Position numbers and translations under genes: made by a program
Assembly: GCA_918797485.1 (NCBI GenBank)
Contig: CAKKNE010000003.1
Span: forward strand, 992,001-1,056,000
Direction of reading: 5' to 3'
Source of the DNA: Pelagomonas calceolata
Taxonomy: Eukaryota
Length of the DNA: 64,000 nt
The notes under the pieces: generated by a model
The model's input: only the letters and a program-made list of their open reading frames with translations
The model's database searches: none
Told to the model about the DNA's origin: nothing
Shown: positions 29,436 to 40,067 of the stretch, one piece after another
How the letters are laid out: each line of letters starts with the position of its first letter
Numbering within the stretch: position 1 is the first letter of the stretch

Positions 29436-31359
29436 ATGACGCAGCTGGGGCAGCTCTCGGAGCTCTCGATTGCCTCCCAGCACTCGGTCGGCTCCCAACG
29501 CTCCAAGGCTAGCTTCGCCACCAGCGCTACTGGTACCACTCTACGTAGTGGGACCATACGTAGCGGCACCACAAGGAGAACGCAGCGAACGTATCAGAGC
29601 AGCAAAACGAGAATAGACGATGAGGAGCCACCGCGGCCCTCGTGCGGCGTAGGCCTTGATAACTTACGAGTGCGATGGAAAGACGAGAAACTCTATGGTG
29701 GGCGTCGTGTGCTTGGCGTGCCCCGCACGTCGCGGGACGGCGGCTTCTTTTTGATAATCGACGACGAAGGGTACCTGCAGCTCCACGGCCGGACGCCGTT
29801 CGGCTGGGAGCCGGAACGATATCAGGAGGAGCATCCCGACCCCTTCGCCGAGGAGCTCGATTTGCGGGCAGAGTACTTCCACTGCACGCGCCGCGTTCGG
29901 ACGTATGAGTACTCTGATCTACCGCACTCGCATATCCTTGCAACTGGGTCATACCACTCGATCGTTGTCTCGGGCGACGCCGATGCATGCGTATATTGCC
30001 TGTATCACGGCCGGGAGATCGACGAGCCTCCCACAATAACTCGGCTGCTCTTGCCCGCCCCGACGCGGATCCGTGCGGTCGCTGCCAGCAAAGAATCATA
30101 CCTTCTGCTCGCCGAGACGGGTCAAGTGTACGAGGGCTTGTTTGATGACGAGGAGCCGCGTCCGATCGAGGCTCTGGCCCAAGCTCGGTGCCGATCCGTT
30201 GCGTGCGGCGAGGAGCACTACCTCGTCGCGACCTTCGACGGCATTGCGTATAGCTGGGGCCGCGGCGCCGACGGCCGGCTCGGGCACGACTCGGAGCGCG
30301 ACGTGGCGAGGCCACGAGTTCTTCAAGTAGAACGTGCCGTTGCGGTCGCTGCTGGAGACGACCATTCGTGCGTCCTCTGCGCCGACGCGGGCGGCATTGA
30401 GGGGTCCGAGGTCTACTTGTTCGGCGGCAACGCGCGGGGCCAACTCGGAACGGGCGATCGCTACGAGTGCCTGACGCCGACGCGCGTCGACGTCGGCACC
30501 GTCGTCGTGTCCGCGGCGTTGGGCAGGCAGTTTACGCTGCTAATCAACGCGCGCGGCGCGCTGCTGTCGTGCGGCTGCGGGGCGCGGAACGGACAAGATT
30601 CGAACGCCGATAGCCTCATCGTGCGGCGCGTCGAGGCCCTAGCGGAGGTCGCCGTCGTCGCCGTCGCCGCCGGTGCTTTTCATAGCATGGCGGCGAGCGA
30701 CGCGGGCGCTGTCTATCGATGGGGCGGCGATCCGGAAGCTCTGGAGACGTATCGTTGGACCGGGGACCCTGACGCCATTGCCAAGCCGTTCGCCTCGACG
30801 CCAGAACAGGACGTCACGCTGCGCGTCGCGTGCAACGACTGCCATGTCTGTAGACGAGCAGACCACCTCGCGAGAACGCCGGCGCTTCTCTCGGAGCCGT
30901 GCCGGATCCAATCGCGCGAGGAGGAGCCGTTCTGGCCCTGGTGCTGCCTCGGCGTCCGTTCGAAGTACGACACCATTTCCACGCCATCGATGCGACGCGT
31001 CTCATTCACACAGGCCCGACGACGAGATACTGCCCAGAGTCGATGTAACTACCGACCCGGAATTGGAGCCAGGCGCGGAGATTTACGAGTATCCGGCCCA
31101 GCCGTGCAACCTCGAGATTACCGCGAGGCACAGCCCCTACGTCGTCGAGATGAACGTCGTCGCGCGGGGAGGCAAACGGAATAGCGTGTTCCTCCGAGAA
31201 GAGGTAAGGCACCTAGCCTGGCGCCTCGACCCGTTCGACAGCAAAACGCTGATCCTGACGCGGAACGGCGTCGACGACTCGTTCACGTTCAAGGAGCGCA
31301 AGCGCGCCGGCGAGTGGATCCGCGCGCTCGAGGCCTGGGCCGCATGGTCACCCCTGTAG
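29436..31359 (+). CDS. RCC1-repeat protein with possible C-terminal PH-like domain, 2 exons
   Basis: VACGEEH, YSWGRGADGRLGH, AAGDDHS and GQLGTG repeats. An intron ending at 31013 shifts into the frame ending EWIRALEAW. Confidence 0.75.
30965..31013 (+). mobile_element. Highly degenerate introner-like intron
   Basis: Core CCACGCCATCGATGCGACG and end CACACAG. Donor position uncertain (30965 or 30941). Confidence 0.5.
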
Positions 31360-31382
31360 TTGTTTTAAATCACTCACAAATT

Positions 31383-33057
31383 TTAATCGTTCACTACGAG
31401 AGGCCCCTTGAGTTTGTCCATGTGGTTCTCCAAGGGGTAGTCGTCCTCGAGGTCCTCCACAACCATGTCGTCCTTGAGAGGGGCGGGGAACTCCGCTCCA
31501 GAGCCTAGGCGGGCGGGAAACTCAAAGTCATCCTGAGTCGCCGCCTCCGGATGTTCAAAGGTGGAATGGGAATGATGTTCCGCCGCGACGACGAGCGTCT
31601 TCGCCGCCGGCTTGCGCCGGCCGAAGCACCACGACCGCTTCTTCTTCGGCTTCTTCGGCGCCGGGGCCGCCGCGGCCTTCAGCTTCGGCGCCTCGGGCAG
31701 CGTCCACGACGTCTCGCCCGTGAGGCGGTTCCAGTAGTAGGTGTTGCCGTCATGTGTTTCGTGCGTCTCCCAGGGCTCGGGCGGCCCGGCGGGCTCCTCC
31801 TTCTTTTCCGGAACGGTTGCTTTTTTCTCGGGGGTCTTCGGGGCCTCCTGCTTAGTTTCCTCCACGGGGGCAGCGCGCTTCGGCATGCGAATGAACTCCT
31901 CCTTGATGCCGCGCTCGATGCCGCCTTCCTCGTACTCGATGACGTAGAGACCTTCCTCCGTGAAATCGGTTATGCGACCCGGGTAGAAGGTCTTCCCTGC
32001 CCGGTAGCGGCACTCGACCTTCGTCCCCTTCGGAAATTTGGCTCGCTTTTTCTTTTCGCAATCCTCCCCGCACCAGCAACAACAGAGCCATCTGACGCAT
32101 CTGACGAGACAGCACCGCTTCTTCTTCGTCTTCTTTTTATGACGCGGTTCCTCGTCCATCGAGCCCCGGCTGCCCCGCGAGGCCCGCTCGTCCATCGACT
32201 TGCGCCGCATCTCCTTCTCCCTTGCTTTTTGGCGCTTCCGCCTCCTTCTATATTCACGGCAACAACAGCAGATGCAGCAGCAGCAGCACCAATCGAACAC
32301 CTTGCTGCCTGTGTGGAAATCAAAATTTTACGGCGCGTTCGTGCTGAATCATCGCGTCGTCCTCCACGCCATCGACGCGACGCCTGCTCGATGGCGTGGC
32401 GATGCCGGTTCCTCGCCGCTCGACCGAGCCAGGACGGCCGCGTCATCGCCGAGAAATGACTTAGTGAAGAATTGTCGGGTGCACCCGTCGCACTGGTTGA
32501 TTTCCACACAGCTTGCTGCAAAAGCTTTGTTTCGTAGAGACGCGCGGATCGAAGCTAAGGCCTTCTTCCTTGTAGTCGTATTTGCACTCTCTGTCGAACT
32601 GCTGCGTTAGCGGCGTCGGCTTCTTGTAAGCTTCCAAATCTCGCGAGCGTAATGCTCGCACTTCGAGCTCATAGGGCGTGAACACGTGTTTCGCACCTCG
32701 CTCCCGCAAATAGGCTATCCTATCTTGCTCCTCCTGGGTCATGTGGAGGTCCTTCCACTCGACCTGTGTGGAAATCAAAAATTTACGGCGCGTTCGTGCT
32801 GAATCATCGCGTCGTCCTCCACGCCATCGACGCGACGCCTGCTCGATGGCGTGGCCATGCCGGTTCCTCGCCGCTCGACCGAGCCAGGACGGCCGCGTCA
32901 TTGCGCACCCGACGCACTGGTTGATTTCCACACAGCACTCGACGTGGTAGCGTTCCTTTTCGTTGTAAACTTTTGCGGCTGGTGGTGCATTCATTCCGAG
33001 GAGCTTGTTCATGCGAACCTCCTCGGGCACCTCGCCGAGGGCGAGCGGCGGCGCCAT
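31383..33057 (-). CDS. Protein with poly-Cys segments, Tudor-like and WW domains, 3 exons
   Basis: KVECRYRAGKTFYPGRI...IEYEEG and WETHETHDGNTYYWNRLTGETSWTLP. Two introner introns removed cleanly. Confidence 0.75.
32309..32519 (-). mobile_element. Full-length introner element (203 bp + TSD = 211-nt GC-AG intron)
   Basis: Perfect TIRs CTGTGTGGAAATCAA / TTGATTTCCACACAG. Perfect TSD CTTGCTGC at 32301 and 32512. Confidence 0.95.
32764..32943 (-). mobile_element. Introner element with internal deletion (180-nt GT-AG intron)
   Basis: Same TIRs. Perfect TSD CACTCGAC at 32756 and 32936. Confidence 0.95.
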
Positions 33058-33288
33058 CGTCAATTGGGCGTTGGCTTTAGTGGTTTTGGTCCTTCCATCT
33101 TTTCTTCGATGGCGTGCAGCGCAGAGGGCAGCCCAGCTCTTGGGTAGCTAGCTGCGAGGGCAGCCCTTGCCAGCGCCACAGACTCGCGGCCCGGGATGTC
33201 GGCCAACGTGCACCACAAGTGAGCCCTTGCTTGCGTAGCCAGTCCAGGGGTGGCCTGGCAGCGCTACAACTCGATGCGCTGCACTTGT

Positions 33289-33312
33289 GCTAGTGTGTTA
33301 CAGCTCGCTAGC
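33289..33312 (-). promoter_or_regulatory. CTAG-box element GCTAGCGAGCTGTAACACACTAGC
   Basis: Upstream of minus-strand start 33057. Confidence 0.7.
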
Positions 33313-33348
33313 AACAAATTCAGGCGTAAGATCTTTATATAACTAAAC

Positions 33349-36291
33349 TTAGAAGGTAAAGTCGACAGCCCACGCCCCCGCCATGGGCAGATCCGGCCGG
33401 CGGATCGTCAGCGCCCCGGCCGTCCAGGAGAAGTCGACGGCGCGGCCCGCGACGGCCACGGCCTTCGGCGACGCCGGCAGGCCGAGCACGACGATGCGCT
33501 CGACGACGTTCGCCGGCGCGAAGCCGCCTCCGTCGGCCGCCTCGACGCCGAGCGCGCGGGCCCGCGCGTCGCACTCGTGCGCCGGCGCCGCGGATAGCTT
33601 GCCATTGGCATAGGAAAACGCAGTCCTTGCGAAGCCGCCGCGGACAAAGTCAAACGACACGCCGTCGTCGAGGAACACCTCGCCGGCCGCGGCACCGTTC
33701 GCGTCGAGCGCGACCGTGAGCTCGTAGGGGTCCGTAGCCATGGCCACGGTGCTGCGGCGCAGGCGCCGCTGGCGCGCGATTATCGTGTTGCCGCGCTGAA
33801 ACAACGGAGCCGTTCCCTCGATCGGCGCCTTCGCCCTGACACGCTGACCCCGCGAATCGTGCGTGAGCGGAGCGGCGCCGTGTACTTCGTACCAACGGCC
33901 AGGCGGCAAATACGCGTCGACGTGAGACGCCCCCTGCTCCGTGACGGGCTTGACCAGTAACGCCGAGCCCACCATCCACTGGTCGTCCAAAAGCAACGCA
34001 CCACTATCAGAAGGAAACTCGGCCCAGAGCGGCCGCATGACCGGCAAGCCAGAGAAGCGCGACTCGGCAAACACCTGTGTGGAAATCAAATTTCGGGCGC
34101 CCAACGCCATCGACGCGATATTTTCTCAGTAGCTGCGTCTGCTCGATGGCGTGAAAATTGCAGAAATTTTAACTCACTGGTTGATTTCCACACAGCTCTC
34201 GACCGAATACCAGTAAGGTAACAACGCGTACCTGTCCGCGATCGCCCTGCGAATGTACGAAGTCGTGGGCTGACCGAAAGACCATGGTTCTCTCCTTTTG
34301 GCATCATGATGCGCGTGCCCGCGGAAGAACGGCGTGTAGGCCGCGGCCTGGATCCAGCGCGCCATGAGCTCCGCGTCGGGGTCGCCGAAGAAGCCGCCCG
34401 CGTCGGCGCCGACAAAGATCAAGCCACACACGGACATGGACAGTAACATGGGAGCGGCCTGTTTCAGATGCGACCACTGCGCCGCGTTGTCGCCCGTCCA
34501 GACGGCGCCCCAGCGCTGGCTACCAGCGTAGAATGATCTAGATAGCACGAAGGGCCGCTTGTTCGCATCGCGCAGCATCAGGCCCTCCGCCGTAGCTCGC
34601 TGGAAGTACATGCCGTACAGGTTGTGCCACTCCCGATGCTCGACCCCATCCAAGTTCACTACGGACTTGTGCATCGTCACCTCGGGCCCATTAAAAACGC
34701 TCATCTCGTTCATGTCGTTCCAGATGTACAGAGACGAGGTACTACCTTGGTAGTTCTCCAGACTAAACCGCTCGGCCCACCACTGCCGCACTTTCGCATT
34801 CGTAAAGTCGGGATATGATGAAGAACCGGGCCAGCACCAGCCGTCGAAGTCATTTGAGCCGTCCTTCAGGTACAGTCCTTTACTCTCAGCCTCTTTATGG
34901 ACCACATACCCGTTGTCTCTCTTAATATGCGGATCGACGATGGTCACCATGCGTCTTCCGGTAGACCACAGGTCCTCCTGCATCGTGACCGGATCAGGGA
35001 ACAGGTTCGAGTCCCACGTAAAGTAGCGCTTGCCGTCCGTGTGCTCGATGTCGAGCCAAAGCACATCATAAGGTATGTCCTCCTCCTCGAAGCGGCCGTG
35101 CACGGCTCGTACGTCAGCTTCGTCCTTGTAGTTCCAGCGGCACTGGTGGTATCCTAGAGCGAAGAGTGGAGGTAATTCCTGCGCTCCCGTCAACGAAGCA
35201 TATTGGGAGAAGCCTTCCGCCGGTGTCGATGGAGCGAAGAGGAAGAGCTCCAGTACACCGGACTCACTCACGAAGTGCAATGAGTAATCATCAGAGACGT
35301 CGACGAACGTCTCCGAGGGGTTGTTGTAGAAGACGCCGGCCGTGTTATGAGACGTTCGAGACGGATCGACGGCCCATGCTAAAGGTATAGCACCATATAA
35401 AGCCATCGGGACATCTAGGTCGTACTCGAAGACGTCCAAGTTGTAGAATCTATAAGGTTCATTGTACTGAGAGCCCGTGGTGGGTTTGAGGGCGAACGAC
35501 GAAGCGTGCTCCGCCAACCCAAAAGCCGCCTTGCTGCCTGGGAATGATACGTCAATTCCGACGGACGTCGGGCCGTGCTTCGGGCGGTCCGTGTGGCCCG
35601 AGAACGTTTCTTCCAATCCGTCTTCCGACGTCGACTTGACGTACTCCTTCACTTCTTTGGTACCATCTTCAAACCGAGCCAACCCATCCTCCCAGTAGCC
35701 GGCAATTTTTTTACACTCATTCCCGTCCCACGCGTAGTCCTTCTCACATTTTGATGCGACCTCTTGCGTCGCCTCGGCTCCGACCGTCGTCCCTCGTTCG
35801 AAATGGAGCAATGACCGCTGGTTGAGGACGACGGACGGCTCCTTGGCTGATGGTGGCGTTAATTGAACGGAGAAGGGCTCGTACGTTACGTCTACAGTAT
35901 GGCCCGAGCTCAGCTTGAGCGTAGCCTTATCGGTCGTTTTTGACAGAGCTGCCTTCGTATCCAACTCAAATGTATCGCTAAGTAACACGTCGGGCGCCTC
36001 CCATCGGACTTTATCCTTCTCGACGACTCTGGTTCGTACTACACCATTATCAGCGTGCGGCGCGACACTCACCAAAAGAGGAGGCTGGACTTGATCAGAT
36101 ACCTCCAACCGTAGGATGCCGTCGACCAAGGCAACGCCGGCCGCATCCACTTTATATGAGGGCGGCGGCACCGGGGGTTTCCGGTGCACCCTGCAGAAGC
36201 GCGTGTCCTGGCACGTGCGGAACTTGCTCCTATCTACAGCTTGGGTCGTGGCGAGGAGCAGCGCGGCGACGGCGAGCCGGCTGTGCGCCAT
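33349..36291 (-). CDS. GANAB: Glucosidase II alpha subunit (GH31), 2 exons
   Basis: Signal peptide then AVDRSKFRTC, GYHQCRWNY, WLDIEH, WNDMNE, WTGDN and FFRGHAH. Splicing restores LPYWYS-VFAE. Confidence 0.92.
34075..34203 (-). mobile_element. Introner element (129-nt GT-AG intron) in glucosidase II alpha
   Basis: Perfect TIRs and both core arms. Donor lies 8 nt outside the TIR. Confidence 0.92.
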
Positions 36292-36786
36292 TTCCTTGCG
36301 ACGCGCCGACGGCTTTTGCTTGTGACGCGCCGACGCGTACGCTGTGCAGAGAGACCTCTTTCGGGTCGCTTGCTTGTGTACTCGCTGCGTCAGCAGCGCG
36401 AGTTCTCACACGTCGTCTTAGCGATGCCGCGACCACTACTGGTGCCCGCGATGACGTGTATGTTGCACAGCACTCCCGCAGCGTCGGCGGAGGAGGCGAT
36501 TCGATGGGTGCTCTAGGTGAGACATACTAGGAACACGGAGGCCGCGCGGAATGCCTCTCCGGAGCGCTAGGCCCCGGCTCCGAGCCCTCCCTCGCGAGAT
36601 CGATCGCTCCGCGGCGCCTTTCCATCAACTTCTCGACACACACGGTTGGTGTGTGGAGCTGGGCCATCGCTTTCTGTCTGCCGCGCGAGGGCAGCACGCC
36701 AACGAGTGCTTGGGACAACGCGAATTCGCTGGCCCTTCGACGCGGTAGCTGTGCGGTAGCTGTACACAGAAGACACACAAGCCACC

Positions 36787-37545
36787 ATGGGCGCCACCAA
36801 GGCGCGCACCCCGCCGCCGCCGAAGCGCAAGGGCAGCACGAGCCCCATGCTCACGAACTTGCTGAACGCCCTCAGCCCCACGAAAGAGGACAAGATCTTC
36901 ACGGGCGTCCTCGAGAAGCGGAGTCGGGACGGCACGTGGAAGCCCAAGGCTTTCTATGTCCATGGTACGGTGCTGTGCTACTACCTGGAAGGCCAGGACG
37001 GCGTCGAGGACGGCCCCCACGCCTCCCTCAACCTTCTGTCGGTGGAGAGCATCGAAACGAAGGTCGGCAAAGATGGCCAAAAAAAAATAAAGCTCTGGGT
37101 CTCACAGTCGCCGTCGCGGCGACGGCCCGTCGAGCTGCGGGCCGCGCCGAAAAAGTCGTTCTTCGGCCCGGACCAGCCGCCCCTGGAGAAGTGGGAGACG
37201 GCGTTCCGCGCGTTCGTCGATCGGGCGCGGGAGAACGGGGCTCGTCAGCGTTGGCTCGCGAAGCAAAACCCTTCCAGGATGAGGAGGGCTAGGAAGTCGC
37301 TATCTCGGACCTTCTTCGGGCCCTCCGACGCCGCGAAAAAACGGGAGGCCGAGTGCTTGCGAGCGCGCGAGGACATCTTCGCGTTCTACAGAAAACACAA
37401 CCCCGAGAAACTGAAGGGCTGCAACGACATCATCACGAAGTACAAGGCCGCCGGCGTCGACGAGCCCGCCTTGTTGGAAGCGATCCGGAAGAAGTACGGC
37501 CGGCCGCCGCTCGCCGCGATCCAATCGGGGGGAGGAGCTCAATAA
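36787..37545 (+). CDS. PH-domain protein
   Basis: GVLEKRS...WKPKAFYV...LCYY...EKWETAF, plus C-terminal FYRKHNPEKL motif. Confidence 0.7.
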   Translation: MGATKARTPPPPKRKGSTSPMLTNLLNALSPTKEDKIFTGVLEKRSRDGTWKPKAFYVHGTVLCYYLEGQDGVEDGPHASLNLLSVESIETKVGKDGQKKIKLWVSQSPSRRRPVELRAAPKKSFFGPDQPPLEKWETAFRAFVDRARENGARQRWLAKQNPSRMRRARKSLSRTFFGPSDAAKKREAECLRAREDIFAFYRKHNPEKLKGCNDIITKYKAAGVDEPALLEAIRKKYGRPPLAAIQSGGGAQ

Positions 37546-37551
37546 TTAGTC

Positions 37552-39620
37552 TTACTCATCCAAAGCTTCAAGGAGCGCCTGAGCACCCTTCGTCTTCGCC
37601 TTGGCCAGCCCCTTCCGCACCTTTGCGAGCTCCTTCCGCGTCGCCGGCCGCGCGCGCACGAGCGCCGCTAATACTAAAGCGCCCCGATTCGACCCGGCCC
37701 ATCTCTCAAAACCGCCCGCCTCCTTCGCAGCGCTTGAAAAGGCCTCCGCAAACCCCTCGGTCCCGGCCTGCAATAATGAAAGCAGCGTGCGATGCGCGAC
37801 GTCGTCGTCGAGGACCGGCGGCGGTATTGATGAGTCTGCGACGCCCCAGTCCCCGGTGGCGTCGGCCGCCGCCGCAACATCACCGGCGGAGCTGTCGTCG
37901 TCGTCGCTCTTCTCGAAGAAGGCGCCGCGCGCGTCCTCGGAGGAGTCGTCCGAGTCGGAGTCCTCTTCCTCGTCGTCGCTGCCGGAGCCGTCCTCGTCGC
38001 CGCCGCCGGAGCCCGCCGAGGCGTCCTCGTCGTCCTCGTCGTCGTCCTCGTCGCCTGCGGACGTCGACCGGTGAGCGAGGCGGGTTTCGGACGGAGAACG
38101 ATAGGCGAAGGCAAAGTCGACGCGGCGCCGCGACCGCCGCCGAAGTGCGGGTTCTTCGCCTCCACATCATCATCCGGAACGCTGAAAGCGGCGGCCGGCG
38201 CGAGGCACGCTCGCGCGACGCGCTCGACCAGCTCCGCGTCACCAATCAAAGGCTTCACGGAGAGAGCCGCAATGACGACGGGCGCCGCGCTGCGCGACGC
38301 GAGTAACACCGGCGCGCGCGTCTCTAACGCTTTTTTGAGGCCCGGCGCGACGTGCGCGGCGAGCTCGCCTCTTCTTTGAGCCCTAGGTTTCCGCGACGCC
38401 GGCGCGCCCTCTATCGTGACAGAGGACGGATCCTCCCTTAATACATCCTTGACGTCCGCCGACAAGTACTTGGACGAAGCGTCCACGAGCAGCGATAATA
38501 AAACTTGGGCGCCGCACACATCCAGAGCCAGTTCCGCGCACGCGGGCCCGAGCTCTCCACTAATTAGGGAGCCGGTCTGCTTCGTGTCGTCGACGACATC
38601 TAAAAAGCGAATGAGCGCGACGTGGGCCCTTGCATGTAGTGATGCTTGTGCCGCGCGGCTCCGCCAGCACTTTTTGAGTAATCCCTTGCGCGTCTTGGCG
38701 TCGGCCGCCGTGGCTAGTATGGAGGACGCGCGCGCGCCGCTGCGCGTGGACACGAAGTGGGGGTGCGCTTCGGCCGTCCTCGACGCGAGTTCCCTTAGAT
38801 TATGTAGAGACGAGCACCTCTCAAATAGTAGATCGTGGGCAAAAGCATAATGCGCGAGGCCCTTGTCGCAGAGCTTTGAGAGCGTGGCGTCGACACCCAA
38901 CAAAATAGGCGCGCGCCGCCGCTCCTCGACCTCGTTCAATATGCCTGATAACGTCTCGGCCTTCAGGAGATCGGCGTCGGGCACGGCGTAGAGCTCGCGT
39001 CTCAATGAAATAGCGTCCCGCTTCGGCGCCGTCTGCAGCAGCGCGTCGGCGACCTTGGCGCCCACGGCGTGGACCGCGATCTGCCGGAACTTGCCCCGCA
39101 CGGCGCGGCACCTTGCAGATCTCTGAGATGAATCAGCCGCCCTTTTCACTAATGCCAAAGCCACATGTCTAGCGTAGGGGCGGATGGCCAGTTCCCCCAA
39201 GCGTGGGACGAGCTCGGCCTCGATCTTCGCTCTTTGATTACTATCGCCGAACTTGTGCAGCGCCTGGACAACTCGAGCCGAGTCGTGTTTGAGAGAAGCC
39301 TCGTAGAGCTTGCCCGTCAGCGCCGACAGAGCCGCGTCGACGGTCTTCTTCCGCGTGGCTTCGTCTATAGCCTTCTTGCGAAAGACGTTCCACAATTGCA
39401 CGGTCTCGGCGACGGCGACGCCGCGCGCGGGCTTCACGACGAGCGCTTTCCTACCTTGCGCCGGCGGGGGCTTGTCGTCCTTCTTTTTACGCTTGGCCTT
39501 GCCGGTGGTGACGACGCCGGTCGCGCGCGGCGCCAGACTAGGGCGCTGGCCGGTCGGGGCCTTTTTTTGTTTCTTTTGCTGCGTGTTGCCGCCCTTGGAC
39601 TGGGGGCGCTTCTTGGCCAT
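37552..39620 (-). CDS. PUM3: Pumilio homolog 3 / Puf6-like nucleolar protein, 2 exons (intron 38055-38134)
   Basis: Basic N-terminus, KHDSARVVQ...KFG, YARHV and DVVDDTK. Removing the GT-AG intron links to an acidic tract and the ORF ending at 37552. Confidence 0.8.
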
Positions 39621-40067
39621 GGCTTTGTGCGTCGATGGCGTCCGCTGCTTGCTCTCTGTTCAGGGAGAGCTGTTTTGCTTCCTGCGCAGCGCGTTGCAGC
39701 GAGGTTGCGCGCGCAGTCAGTTCTGGGTCAGAGTGCAATGCTCAATCGCCCCCGTGTCGCACCGATAGGCACGCGGTGTGAGCAATTACCGCTGCTGAAC
39801 GCTGGCTGCATCGCCCAGGTCCTGCAGCTCTGCCCCTGTGAACGACTGCAGACTCGCTTGTCCCCGGTTCAAGCGACGCGCAACGCGTTGCATACGTCGG
39901 CCAGGGATCGCTGCGACCAGGACTTCGGCAACGAAGCCGGCGGACGCCGCGCAAATTCCCAAAAACCTAGCCTACTACGGCCCAGTTCGCTGCACCACAG
40001 CCGCGCGCGCATTCATTACGCGGCCGCGCTGCGCATTATAGCGCAGCACTGTAAAAGCGACTGCGAA

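Noticed and set aside
31970..32950. Shared peptides (CVEINQ, RRWRGGRRDDSART, HAIDA) in many unrelated ORFs, also near 34100 and 48800
   Set aside because: Translations of the introner element, not a protein domain.
39165..40067. N-terminal 300 aa of the 893-aa ORF overlapping PUM3
   Set aside because: Antisense to PUM3 and spanning the divergent promoter. Real start is more likely 40068 or 40089.
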